Source: Candidatus Dojkabacteria bacterium
GTDB lineage: Bacteria > Patescibacteriota > Dojkabacteria > SC72
NCBI GenBank assembly: GCA_012842045.1
Contig: DUTP01000001.1
Span: 94,534 to 143,121 of the forward strand
Direction: 5' to 3'
Length of the DNA stretch: 48,588 nucleotides
Position 1 is the first letter of the stretch; the number at the start of each line of letters is the position of its first letter. The notes beneath the pieces are model-generated. The model saw only the letters and a program-made list of their open reading frames with translations. It searched no databases and had not been told where the DNA came from. Positions 1 to 8,724 of the stretch are shown here, in pieces. The translations under genes and the position numbers were made by a program.

Positions 1-203
1 AACATTTCAGAGAGACCCATTAAATAAATAGCTATATCTGCAAGCTCCTCATTTAAATCTTCTTTCTTTTTTCTATAAGCATCATAAGCTTCTGCTACCT
101 CACCATACAATAAGCAAAACTCTTTATTAACATCAGTTGTATTAAACCCTTTGTTAATTTTATTACACCATATTTCTTTTTGTATCTCCTTAATACTCAC
201 CAT
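1..203 (-). CDS. MazG-like all-alpha NTP pyrophosphohydrolase (3' end runs off the window; not in the ORF track)
   Basis: Hand translation from ATG at 203: MVSIKEIQKEIWCNKINKGFNTTDVNKEFCLLYGEVAEAYDAYRKKKEDLNEELADIAIYLMGLSEM. It has the ExxE...EELAD MazG signature and an AGGAGG RBS upstream. Confidence 0.8.
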   Translation of the reverse strand, partial: MVSIKEIQKEIWCNKINKGFNTTDVNKEFCLLYGEVAEAYDAYRKKKEDLNEELADIAIYLMGLSEM

Positions 204-1752
204 ATTTTTCCTCCTTAAATCTTTGATAGTAATCTATTATTTCTGCTATTTTGGATGTAAAAAATTCTTTCAACTTTATTTTAGATAACATTTTATTATT
301 ATTAATAGTATATACTGGATATTCTTTATCATTTAAATTAATAAAACCTCTACCATTACCTATTTCCTCGTATTTAAAAATATCTTCTTTGTACACATTA
401 TCCATTGTATCATCAGAAACAAAATGCCCTCCATGATCATGTCTGATTTTATTACGTTCTTTTCTATTTTTCAAATTTGAAATTAAATTAACAATAATAG
501 TATTTTCTTTATTTTCTAATTCCTCAAGAACTATATTTAAACTCCTGTTATAAACATCATGACCATATAATTTTTCATATTCTACATCTCTCCCACGCGA
601 AAACTGTATAATGTTATTTTCTCTTTTTAAAATCGATACTGATTTTCTTAAAATAATATCCCATAAGTTAGGATTTATTATGTCGTACCCACAACCATTT
701 TTCGCAATTCTAGAATAATGATTAATGTTTGGGAAATCATCTAAATATTGTTCATATATATCTCTCATAAATATCAAATTATCTTTTATTTGCTTTAAGT
801 CTTCTAAACTATTCTTCGAAGATATATCATCAATCATAAACATTTCCAATAATGGTGCCAAGTCATCTATATCAGTATAAATGTTATAATGTGATTTGAA
901 AAAATCAACAAAAGTAGTCTTTCCTGCACAAGAATTACCAATAACGATAATATTTTTAGGTAATTCATTGGTATTTGGAGTATAGTTGATTTCTGAAATT
1001 TCATCTATTGGTCCATATCTTGTAATTGAATAGCTAGCATTTTTTATTCCTTGAATCACTGCATCATCAAGTATTTTCTTCTCAGAATACTTAGCTAAAA
1101 AGCCACCTATAAATGAATCTCCTGCTCCCGTAGTTGAAATTAGATGCAAATTTTGTGGAACAGTGTAATAAATGTTTTTCCGATGTTGAATAACTACAAC
1201 TGGTTTATCCTGATTTGTAACAATAGTAACAGGTAAGTCAGTTATTCGATCTTTTAATATATGATATTCATCACAATTACAAAAAATAATATCAATTTTA
1301 TCTTTGTATTTTTTTATAACAGAAACGACACTTTCAATGCTATGAATCATCACATCGATTGATAAATGTCTATACCTGATTTTATCATTATGTAAAATAC
1401 CATATATATCGACCCCCTTCCTAAATGAAATATGTAAATAATCAATGTTTATATTTTGATTTATTTCAAATTTTTTACCAACTCGTTTTAGAAAACTACA
1501 AGTTCCTAATTTCTCATCAATTTCAAATGTAGTTATTTCATCACACACATTTTCAAATAATTCAATTTGTTTAACATCTAAAACTTTTTTCAAATTATCA
1601 TTAACGTGACTAATTATACCAATCCTTTTATTAGAAACACTCCGACAAGAAAAAGAACTATATATAGCACTACCTCCATATACTTTTCTTCTACCATTCG
1701 GATTTAATATATAATCGATGGAACTGTTACCAACAAAACATAAATCTATCAT
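190..1752 (-). CDS. PfkB/ribokinase-family kinase fused to a C-terminal P-loop nucleotide-kinase-like domain
   Basis: PfkB motifs GGSAIYSS and STTGAGDSFIGGFL (about aa 1-250). Second domain has Walker A GNSCAGKTT. Confidence 0.82.
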   Translation of the reverse strand: MIDLCFVGNSSIDYILNPNGRRKVYGGSAIYSSFSCRSVSNKRIGIISHVNDNLKKVLDVKQIELFENVCDEITTFEIDEKLGTCSFLKRVGKKFEINQNINIDYLHISFRKGVDIYGILHNDKIRYRHLSIDVMIHSIESVVSVIKKYKDKIDIIFCNCDEYHILKDRITDLPVTIVTNQDKPVVVIQHRKNIYYTVPQNLHLISTTGAGDSFIGGFLAKYSEKKILDDAVIQGIKNASYSITRYGPIDEISEINYTPNTNELPKNIIVIGNSCAGKTTFVDFFKSHYNIYTDIDDLAPLLEMFMIDDISSKNSLEDLKQIKDNLIFMRDIYEQYLDDFPNINHYSRIAKNGCGYDIINPNLWDIILRKSVSILKRENNIIQFSRGRDVEYEKLYGHDVYNRSLNIVLEELENKENTIIVNLISNLKNRKERNKIRHDHGGHFVSDDTMDNVYKEDIFKYEEIGNGRGFINLNDKEYPVYTINNNKMLSKIKLKEFFTSKIAEIIDYYQRFKEEKYGEY

Positions 1753-2246
1753 TTTAAAAACAATTTCTTAGTATTATTTTGAATTTCTTCTTTACCCATT
1801 TTATGACTATCCAATGTTAGAATATCAATGAAAACACTACTGTAATCCATAATTTCCTCGTATCGAGCATTTAACAACTCATAGTATTTGTCTATCATAT
1901 TATAATCCTTTAAATCATTAGCACGTCTAGATAACAATACACCTTTTGGCGATGTTAAATAAACGATGATTGCTTCATGTTTTTTATATTCTTGCAACAA
2001 TTGTGTATACTGCTCTAAAGTTAATTTACAATTATTTCTTAATATAGGACCATATACCATTTCACTTACAAAGGATCTATCAAAAACAATACTACTTGTA
2101 TCTTCATTTAAAACAACCATATATTTACTAAATAAATCCTTGTTTTTTTCATCATAATCAAAATGGTATTTTTTCATACCATTACTAACCAAATAATCTA
2201 CTAATGTTGTTTTACCGACTCCATCTAATCCTTCAATTATTATCAT
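1749..2246 (-). CDS. Thymidylate/dNMP kinase-like P-loop kinase
   Basis: IIIEGLDGVGKTT P-loop and FDRSFVSEMVYGP motif. GGAGG RBS; 4-nt overlap with the next gene. Confidence 0.8.
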   Translation of the reverse strand: MIIIEGLDGVGKTTLVDYLVSNGMKKYHFDYDEKNKDLFSKYMVVLNEDTSSIVFDRSFVSEMVYGPILRNNCKLTLEQYTQLLQEYKKHEAIIVYLTSPKGVLLSRRANDLKDYNMIDKYYELLNARYEEIMDYSSVFIDILTLDSHKMGKEEIQNNTKKLFLK

Positions 2247-2260
2247 CTTGAATCCTCCAA

Positions 2261-3022
2261 CTATTTTTTACATTTAAAGCTTGTATGCACCATTTTTGCT
2301 AAGGGACATTCATCTGGCTTATGTTTGTTACAATAATGTCTCTTGTAATATATCAAAACTAAATGAACCCACCAACAAGCATTATTATAATCTGGTATAT
2401 TTAATTTGTCATATCCGTTCTGTATTATAATATCTTCCATATTGTTATCTTTTACTAATTCTTGTAATTGCTTCCTTAGAATATCATGTCCAAATGCATT
2501 ACTATATTTTTCAAACCCTAAACATGGAAGTTGTATATCTTTCATACCACTATCAACAGGCATTATTCCACAATAATAACCTCTTGTGTACAAAACACAA
2601 CATTGAGCCACTTTATATGATGCACCAACAACATTCTCAGCTATCATTTTTATTAAATCATCATTTGATTTTGCTAATATCTCATCTTTATATTTTTCAA
2701 TAAAACTTATCATTGATTTTAAATATTTATACCTCGCATTAGCAAGTCCTAATCCTTTTATTATCGCAATAAGTTCTTCCTTCTCCATTAATTTGATTTG
2801 TTCATAACTATATTTATTGAGTTTGTCAATTACACTTCTATAACTGTAAATCATATTATAAGATACTCGTGTCGATAAACCTGCTATAAGTAATCTTTTT
2901 CTATAATCTTCCACTTCTAATGGCCACCACATATTATTATCATGGTTTTTAAAAACATCTTCTTTGACATCAGCCATACTTGAACATATAGAGATAATTT
3001 CTTTGAATTCTTTTTTTGTCAT
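2261..3022 (-). CDS. HhH-GPD / endonuclease III-like DNA glycosylase homologue
   Basis: IIKGLGLANAR helix, HhH-like GASYKVA, catalytic-type MPVD, and C-terminal YCNKHKPDECPL resembling a partial Fe-S motif. Confidence 0.68.
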   Translation of the reverse strand: MTKKEFKEIISICSSMADVKEDVFKNHDNNMWWPLEVEDYRKRLLIAGLSTRVSYNMIYSYRSVIDKLNKYSYEQIKLMEKEELIAIIKGLGLANARYKYLKSMISFIEKYKDEILAKSNDDLIKMIAENVVGASYKVAQCCVLYTRGYYCGIMPVDSGMKDIQLPCLGFEKYSNAFGHDILRKQLQELVKDNNMEDIIIQNGYDKLNIPDYNNACWWVHLVLIYYKRHYCNKHKPDECPLAKMVHTSFKCKK

Positions 3023-3023
3023 T

Positions 3024-3674
3024 TTATCGCTTTATTACTTCTTTTTTTATTTTATTAAATAAGCAGGAATTACTCGAAATAATATTGTTTTCAAGTTTCG
3101 ATTCCAACTCATTAATCACCGATATTGTAGGAAAATTAGTACACGAAATTATTATATTTTCATACTCTTTTTTATAATTATCTATGATGAAGTCTTTTAG
3201 CTTATTTATTCCAAAATCAAAATAATCATTTGTCTTAATTAAATTAATATTTATATTTTTACAAACACAAATGTCTCTCTTTTCTAGTTCATTTTTCAAA
3301 TTACCTCCTATTATCTCATCATAAGGTGTTATCAATAAACATTTTTCTATATTTTTTTGCTTAGCTTCCTCTATTATGGCATTAAAAGGATTATTATCAA
3401 TTACAACATTAGAATTAATAATTGCTGATGAAGTACAAAAGAAACTTATATAATCTACACCTAGATATTCTAGATCTTTAATTTTATTTTTACTATCTAC
3501 AACTAAATCATTCAAAAATCTTTTCTTGTCTTTCTTATAACTTATTTTATAATCTAATTTTGACACATAGAACACCACGTCTTGAATACTAAAAAATTTT
3601 TTACTAAATAAATACTGTAATTCATATTCAACAGTAAGATTTGTTTTTGGTATAAGTAAGCCTACTTTTTTCAT
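3024..3674 (-). CDS. Asp/Glu/hydantoin racemase - maleate isomerase superfamily protein
   Basis: N-terminal KVGLLIPKTNLTVEYE, paired catalytic-type cysteines FCTSS and ISCTNF, LITPY and ISSN motifs. Confidence 0.75.
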   Translation of the reverse strand: MKKVGLLIPKTNLTVEYELQYLFSKKFFSIQDVVFYVSKLDYKISYKKDKKRFLNDLVVDSKNKIKDLEYLGVDYISFFCTSSAIINSNVVIDNNPFNAIIEEAKQKNIEKCLLITPYDEIIGGNLKNELEKRDICVCKNININLIKTNDYFDFGINKLKDFIIDNYKKEYENIIISCTNFPTISVINELESKLENNIISSNSCLFNKIKKEVIKR

Positions 3675-5176
3675 AATACTTCTCCTAGAAGAGTACGATC
3701 TCCAATATATCCAATAATTCTAACATTATAGAAATCATCTAACTTTAATTCTGTGTTTTTGATAACAACTCTAACTGGACATGTGGCCATTTGGCGTAAA
3801 ATAGAATCTCCATTTCTAAACATCTCCATTCTCAAATCCTTTATTACTAACCCAACTGGAAAAACTTTTTTTAACATAGGAATAGTAAATTCTTTCCTTA
3901 TCTTACAATTCCAATACTCGAACTCTTCAAGTTTATCTTTTGTATATTTGTCAAATTGCTCACCGTATGGGGATGTTAATTTACGAACAAACACTCTTCT
4001 TACCCAACTTCCGGAATCTAACATTTTTCTAAAATTAGTTAAATTATAGTCTAATGTCTTATTGGATTGCCCATCTAATCCATATATTATATTTATCCCC
4101 GGTAATAATTTAGGCAAACCGTTTTCCCCTCTTTCTTTTCCATATTTATTTATCATATTAATTGATTCATGGATATCATCTAAACTACCGTTTAGATTAC
4201 ACAATTCTCTTATTTTAGGATCGAAGGACTCAACTCCGAATGGTGCAATATTTCCTGCAGTTGTGTATTTAGCAATAATTTCAGTTATCTTAACACCTTC
4301 AAGTGTATTTACATTGTGTGGACTAACATTATCAATATGTAGTGTTTTTATATTAGGGCATTCTTCCCAAATTCTTTGAAACAACTTTTCTATTGCATTT
4401 GGATTACAATTCTTATATGCATAAAAATTGGGTTGTCTACCTAGTCTAAAATACAAAGCACCTTTATCATATAAACTTTTAATTTCTGCAACTATATCTT
4501 CTATCTCTCTAAACTGTAGTGGTAAACCCCTCATACCTTCTATACAAAAAGTACAACCTGGTTTTCTATTACATCCAATAGCTGTCTCTACCTCTATAAC
4601 TAGTGGTCTAGATAGTTGATTTAATATTGATGAAGAACTAATAGCTATTGTTCGTAATCTATCATAATTAGGTGTAAATTTATTATTTTTTTCACCAATA
4701 AAATAATTATATGTATTTCCAAATATGATATCACTAAATAATCCTTGTGGTACAGTCTTTCTAATGTTTTCTCTAGTTAACTCATTACCACCTAATGAGT
4801 AAAATAACAATTTATTACAATTATACTCTTTCATTAGTTCTTCGACTTCTACAAAAGATGGTGGTTCAGCAGAAACATATTCATATTTTACAAAGCAACC
4901 CATTACAATGTATATGTTTTCTGCATTAGCTAGAATATTTCTTACATCATTTTTATTCTTGGTTACATTAAGAATTCTTTTATTATAAGATGCAACATCA
5001 TGTGTTTCTCCAGCATTAAACCTTAAATCATCTATTGTTAAGTAATAATATTTCCTTTTATTATCCTCCAAAGTACCTGCTATATACCTAGAATGAACAC
5101 TTAAAAATGGTGGAACACCTAACCCTGAAGGTTCATCGGTATAGCAGTCAACTATAACATCATAATTCATAAACAC
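3671..5176 (-). CDS. Radical SAM protein resembling the COG1031-like family, with a C-terminal TRAM-like domain
   Basis: N-terminal DCYTDEPSGLGVPP family motif, cluster motif GCNRKPGCTFC, FRLGRQP, GVESFD. ATG at 5170 is an alternative start. Confidence 0.82.
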   Translation of the reverse strand: MFMNYDVIVDCYTDEPSGLGVPPFLSVHSRYIAGTLEDNKRKYYYLTIDDLRFNAGETHDVASYNKRILNVTKNKNDVRNILANAENIYIVMGCFVKYEYVSAEPPSFVEVEELMKEYNCNKLLFYSLGGNELTRENIRKTVPQGLFSDIIFGNTYNYFIGEKNNKFTPNYDRLRTIAISSSSILNQLSRPLVIEVETAIGCNRKPGCTFCIEGMRGLPLQFREIEDIVAEIKSLYDKGALYFRLGRQPNFYAYKNCNPNAIEKLFQRIWEECPNIKTLHIDNVSPHNVNTLEGVKITEIIAKYTTAGNIAPFGVESFDPKIRELCNLNGSLDDIHESINMINKYGKERGENGLPKLLPGINIIYGLDGQSNKTLDYNLTNFRKMLDSGSWVRRVFVRKLTSPYGEQFDKYTKDKLEEFEYWNCKIRKEFTIPMLKKVFPVGLVIKDLRMEMFRNGDSILRQMATCPVRVVIKNTELKLDDFYNVRIIGYIGDRTLLGEVL

Positions 5177-5178
5177 CT

Positions 5179-5670
5179 TTAATCAAATAATGTAATAACA
5201 TGATATGGAACTACTTTATCACCTAATTCCTTTATTGCCAGAAATAAAACATCATGTGTATCATCTATCATTATAGCTTTTTCATATTTTCCATCTATGG
5301 TTTGCTTTATCTTATCAATTTTCAACATTTTCCTATCTTCAAATGTATTTGAAATAACAAATAATTGATTCTCTTTCTTTATAAATGGCATATTTTTTTC
5401 TAACCATTTACTCTTCTCTCCTATTTGTTCAGAATATCTACACGAACTTAAAATAAACATTTCAAAATCAAATTGCTCATTTACTTTTTTAAGGATATTA
5501 ATAGATGTTTTTATTGGTCTTTTATATAAATATGTACCATAAACATTATTCTCAATATTTTCCCCTTCACCAAACCTATAATCTGCGACAACACCATCCA
5601 TATCAATGAAAAGTGCTATTCCCCCAGTACAATTATACCTAATTTTATGTAATTCCTTAATAAAGTACAT
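5179..5670 (-). CDS. HAD-superfamily phosphatase, 5'(3')-nucleotidase-like
   Basis: FIDMDGVVAD motif I, ILSS motif II, MIDD motif IV; GGGAG RBS. Confidence 0.75.
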   Translation of the reverse strand: MYFIKELHKIRYNCTGGIALFIDMDGVVADYRFGEGENIENNVYGTYLYKRPIKTSINILKKVNEQFDFEMFILSSCRYSEQIGEKSKWLEKNMPFIKKENQLFVISNTFEDRKMLKIDKIKQTIDGKYEKAIMIDDTHDVLFLAIKELGDKVVPYHVITLFD

Positions 5671-5702
5671 ACTTCAACTCCCTTGAACAACCTCTTTAGG
5701 CT

Positions 5703-5730
5703 ATTATACCAGACGAAAACAAGTTTTCAA
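5703..5730 (-). promoter_or_regulatory. Sigma70-type promoter of the islet operon with overlapping inverted repeat
   Basis: Minus strand TTGAAA-N16-TATAAT with extended TG. Inverted repeat GAAAAC-AA-GTTTTC at 5715-5728. Confidence 0.55.
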
Positions 5731-5731
5731 T

Positions 5732-5998
5732 TTACTTTTCAAAGCTATTTCTAATAGCAGCCTGTGCAGCAGCAAGTCTTGCAATAGGTACTCTGTATGG
5801 TGAACAACTTACTAAGTCCATTCCAATCATATGACAGAACTCTACTGACTTAGGATCTCCTCCATGCTCTCCACAAATACCAATCTCAATATCCTTACTC
5901 ATACCCTTAGCTTACTTAAAAGCATTCTTCATCAATTCACCAACCCCTTCCTTATCAATTGTTTGGAAAGGACCATCTGTTAATACACCCCTCTTCAT
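5732..5998 (-). pseudogene. ppdK: 3' remnant of pyruvate phosphate dikinase with an internal stop
   Basis: Hand translation: [87 protein letters not shown]. This is the PPDK C-terminus; TAA at 5912-5914. Confidence 0.92.
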
Positions 5999-6885
5999 TT
6001 CAAGACACTTTTAGTCGTTTTAAAACTCACCTTTGCAACCTTCTCTAACTCATCAGCCCCATACCTCTTAACAAACTCCTTCCCTTTCTCTATCACATGA
6101 GTTGCCCCTTTAGGAAAATCAAAATCATACTCCTTCCTCATCTTCTCCATCTCTTCTAAGAATATTCCTCTAGCTAAAACAGAAGCACAAGCAACAGCAA
6201 TATCTGACTCCCCTTTGTGATACTGTTCAAAATTAGCCTCTTTTCCTAACTCACCCAACTCATCCTTAACCCTATCATCCCTACTTGAAAACTGATCTAT
6301 AACCACACTATCACACCTAACTCCTTTCTCTTCCAAATCCTTCAAACCCTCCTCAATTACCTTAGAGTGTTGTTTTGCAAGAAGTATAGCTACATTACCT
6401 GTTTCTTTCACCAATGCATTGTATTCTTCTGGCATAACAATGGATGAATAGTAATATTCATAATCCTTCATCTGCTCATACATCTTCATTATCTTCCCAT
6501 CAGAAAACTTCTTAGAATCCCCCACCCCAATATCTAAAAATTTCTTAGCAGACTCCTCATTCACAAAACAAGCAACTACTACAAGTGGACCAAAGTAATC
6601 ACCCTTCCCAACCTCATCAACACCAATATGTGGTTTTACGGCAACCTCTTTTGCCACAAGACCCTGCTTCACCCTCGAAACAATCTCATCAAAATCTTCC
6701 TTACCTTGAAAAACCAACTTTCTACTTGTATAGAGGATTGCAACAGAACCATTATCATTTTCCATTCTAAACACAACATACTCATTCTCCATTGGTTCCT
6801 TTCTCCAACCAGCATCTCTAAAGGTTTTCTCTAAACCTAAACATTCATCCAAACTTAATTGTATTGAAACAGTATTTTGCATCAT
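5995..6885 (-). CDS. rnhC: Ribonuclease HIII
   Basis: N-terminal TBP-like domain (LYTSRKLVFQG), IGVDEVGKGDYFGP, DSKK, VACASVLAR. Confidence 0.92.
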   Translation of the reverse strand: MMQNTVSIQLSLDECLGLEKTFRDAGWRKEPMENEYVVFRMENDNGSVAILYTSRKLVFQGKEDFDEIVSRVKQGLVAKEVAVKPHIGVDEVGKGDYFGPLVVVACFVNEESAKKFLDIGVGDSKKFSDGKIMKMYEQMKDYEYYYSSIVMPEEYNALVKETGNVAILLAKQHSKVIEEGLKDLEEKGVRCDSVVIDQFSSRDDRVKDELGELGKEANFEQYHKGESDIAVACASVLARGIFLEEMEKMRKEYDFDFPKGATHVIEKGKEFVKRYGADELEKVAKVSFKTTKSVLK

Positions 6886-6907
6886 ATTTTACTTACAAAC
6901 AGATTCA

Positions 6908-7531
6908 TTAAAAATCCCTTCTTCCTTCCAATGCTTTCTTTAAAGTCAATCTATCAGCATACTCAAGATCAGCACCTGTAGGCAACCCCATTGCCAACCT
7001 GGTTATCTTCAGTTTACCTTCTTTCATTTGACTTTGAAACAGGTCATATATGTAGCTAGCTGTAGCCTCACCTTCCAAACTAGGATTTGTTGCAATGATA
7101 ATCTCTAAGTTACCTACCTCCTTTAACAACTCCTCAACCCTTGCTTTCAACTCTTTGAATCTTAATTCCTCAGATGTAATGCCATCTGCAGGAGAAATTA
7201 CACCGCCAAGTACAAAATATATTCCGTCATATACACCAGAATTTTCAAAAGCTACAACATCCAATGGTTCTTCAACTACACATATCCTTTCCTTCTTCCT
7301 TAATGGACTAGAACAAATATTACACTCCTCATGATCCGTTACATTAAAACACTTTTTACAATTCACAACACTCTCATCCATCTCTACAAGAGCATTAGCC
7401 AGCTTGGTCGCATCCTTGTTAGGTGATCTTAGATAGTGATATGCCATCCTTGATGCAGACTTAGGACCAACACCTGGTAGCCTACCAAACTCCTCTATTA
7501 CTTTTTCAACACTTTTGGGTAATACTGTCAT
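6908..7531 (-). CDS. recR: Recombination mediator RecR
   Basis: LPGVGPKSA HhH, C4 zinc finger CKKCFN...CNIC, TOPRIM VVEE, ATNPSLEGEATA. Confidence 0.97.
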   Translation of the reverse strand: MTVLPKSVEKVIEEFGRLPGVGPKSASRMAYHYLRSPNKDATKLANALVEMDESVVNCKKCFNVTDHEECNICSSPLRKKERICVVEEPLDVVAFENSGVYDGIYFVLGGVISPADGITSEELRFKELKARVEELLKEVGNLEIIIATNPSLEGEATASYIYDLFQSQMKEGKLKITRLAMGLPTGADLEYADRLTLKKALEGRRDF

Positions 7532-7534
7532 ACT

Positions 7535-7834
7535 CTATTTTCCAAACATACTTTTTATCTGATCTAAATCCATATCTTGAACCATCTCCTTCTGTAGTTT
7601 CTTCTGGTAGTCTTTGAATGCTTCCTTAAAGCCTTTTTTAATCTGATCTATCATATCTGGGTCTAGATACTCTTCATCAATATATACATCTTCAAATTCC
7701 TGTGCTCCGTTCATATATATTCTAACCATTCCATTCCTTGATTCACCTTTGACCTTCTTCTCTCTTAACCTATTCTGCATTTTTTTAGCTTCATTTTGCA
7801 TTTTTATTAACTCGATTGGATTTGGTAATGCCAT
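7535..7834 (-). CDS. ybaB: YbaB/EbfC nucleoid-associated protein
   Basis: QNEAKKMQ..L..GESRNGMVRIYMNG pattern; adjacent to recR; start moved to ATG 7834. Confidence 0.85.
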   Translation of the reverse strand: MALPNPIELIKMQNEAKKMQNRLREKKVKGESRNGMVRIYMNGAQEFEDVYIDEEYLDPDMIDQIKKGFKEAFKDYQKKLQKEMVQDMDLDQIKSMFGK

Positions 7835-7963
7835 ATGTTTAAAAACAAAAAAATTTATATATCCACAGCTATTATACATGAAAAGAAGAGAGAGAAGGAA
7901 AAAACAGAGATTAAAGCAAAGAAAAGCTATTATCTAAAGTAGTTTTCTGATATAATTAGGATT

Positions 7964-8701
7964 ATGTCAAACAATGACAAAACAACTCCTGCCACTAAAA
8001 GCAAAAGATTAAAAGATTTCTCTTTTATAAAAGGTACTATACCCACGGAGTTAATTAATAAAGATTCATTAACTAACTCCTATATGTTCTACAAAGGTAA
8101 CCTAAATCTTTTGAGAGATAGAGCTAACATCTCCGCTATTGTTGGTGCTAGAGATCCACTCCCTGAATCACAAAAATTAACAAGAGACTTAGTTAAATAC
8201 CTAGTAACTAAAGAACAGAAAACTATAATATCTGGATTTGCAAAAGGCATAGACAGTATTGCTTTAGAAACAGCATTAGAATTCAATGGAAACAGAATTG
8301 GTATTCTATCTATATCTATAGAAGAGTTCATGAAATCTCACAAAAAACTTGTTTTTGATGACTCTCTCCTACTTCTCAGTTTAGTTAATGGAAGTATTCC
8401 TTTGTCACCTTTTGAATACAAAACTAATCCATTAAGAAGAAACAAATATATTTATGCTCTTTCTAGCGAATCTTTTGTTGTTGAGTGTAACAAAATAAAT
8501 CAAGGAGGAACTTGGGCAGGTGCTAAACAATATCTGAGGAAAATATATCTTAATGTTGAAAAAAAATCTAATGTATATATTGCAATAAATGAAAATTTCC
8601 CAGCACATGCAAAATTATTAAAAGAAAAAGGTGCAAAACCGTTCAGATTAAAAGATGGAAAACTTAAAAGAGACTGTGAGCAACAAGAGCTATTTATTTA
8701 A
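7964..8701 (+). CDS. DprA/Smf-like Rossmann-fold protein (ShosA-like)
   Basis: YKGNLNLL, AIVGAR, IISGFAKGID, RRNKYIYALS, GGTWAGA. Confidence 0.82.
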   Translation: MSNNDKTTPATKSKRLKDFSFIKGTIPTELINKDSLTNSYMFYKGNLNLLRDRANISAIVGARDPLPESQKLTRDLVKYLVTKEQKTIISGFAKGIDSIALETALEFNGNRIGILSISIEEFMKSHKKLVFDDSLLLLSLVNGSIPLSPFEYKTNPLRRNKYIYALSSESFVVECNKINQGGTWAGAKQYLRKIYLNVEKKSNVYIAINENFPAHAKLLKEKGAKPFRLKDGKLKRDCEQQELFI

Positions 8702-8724
8702 ATTACGACATTATATGCTTAAAT

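Larger units (their letters stand above)
1..5730 (-). other. Putative horizontally acquired operon / genomic islet
   Basis: Visibly lower GC than the flanking backbone (spot counts 18-28% versus about 40% in rnhC). Tightly coupled genes; SD motifs at several starts, unlike most backbone genes. Confidence 0.65.

Noticed and set aside
3671-5176. Prokaryotic viperin
   Set aside because: Length, CX5CX2C spacing and N-terminal motif do not match viperins; only the pathway logic is analogous.
1-5730. Calling the islet a prophage or integrative element
   Set aside because: No integrase, transposase, structural gene or att repeat is visible; the left boundary lies outside the window.
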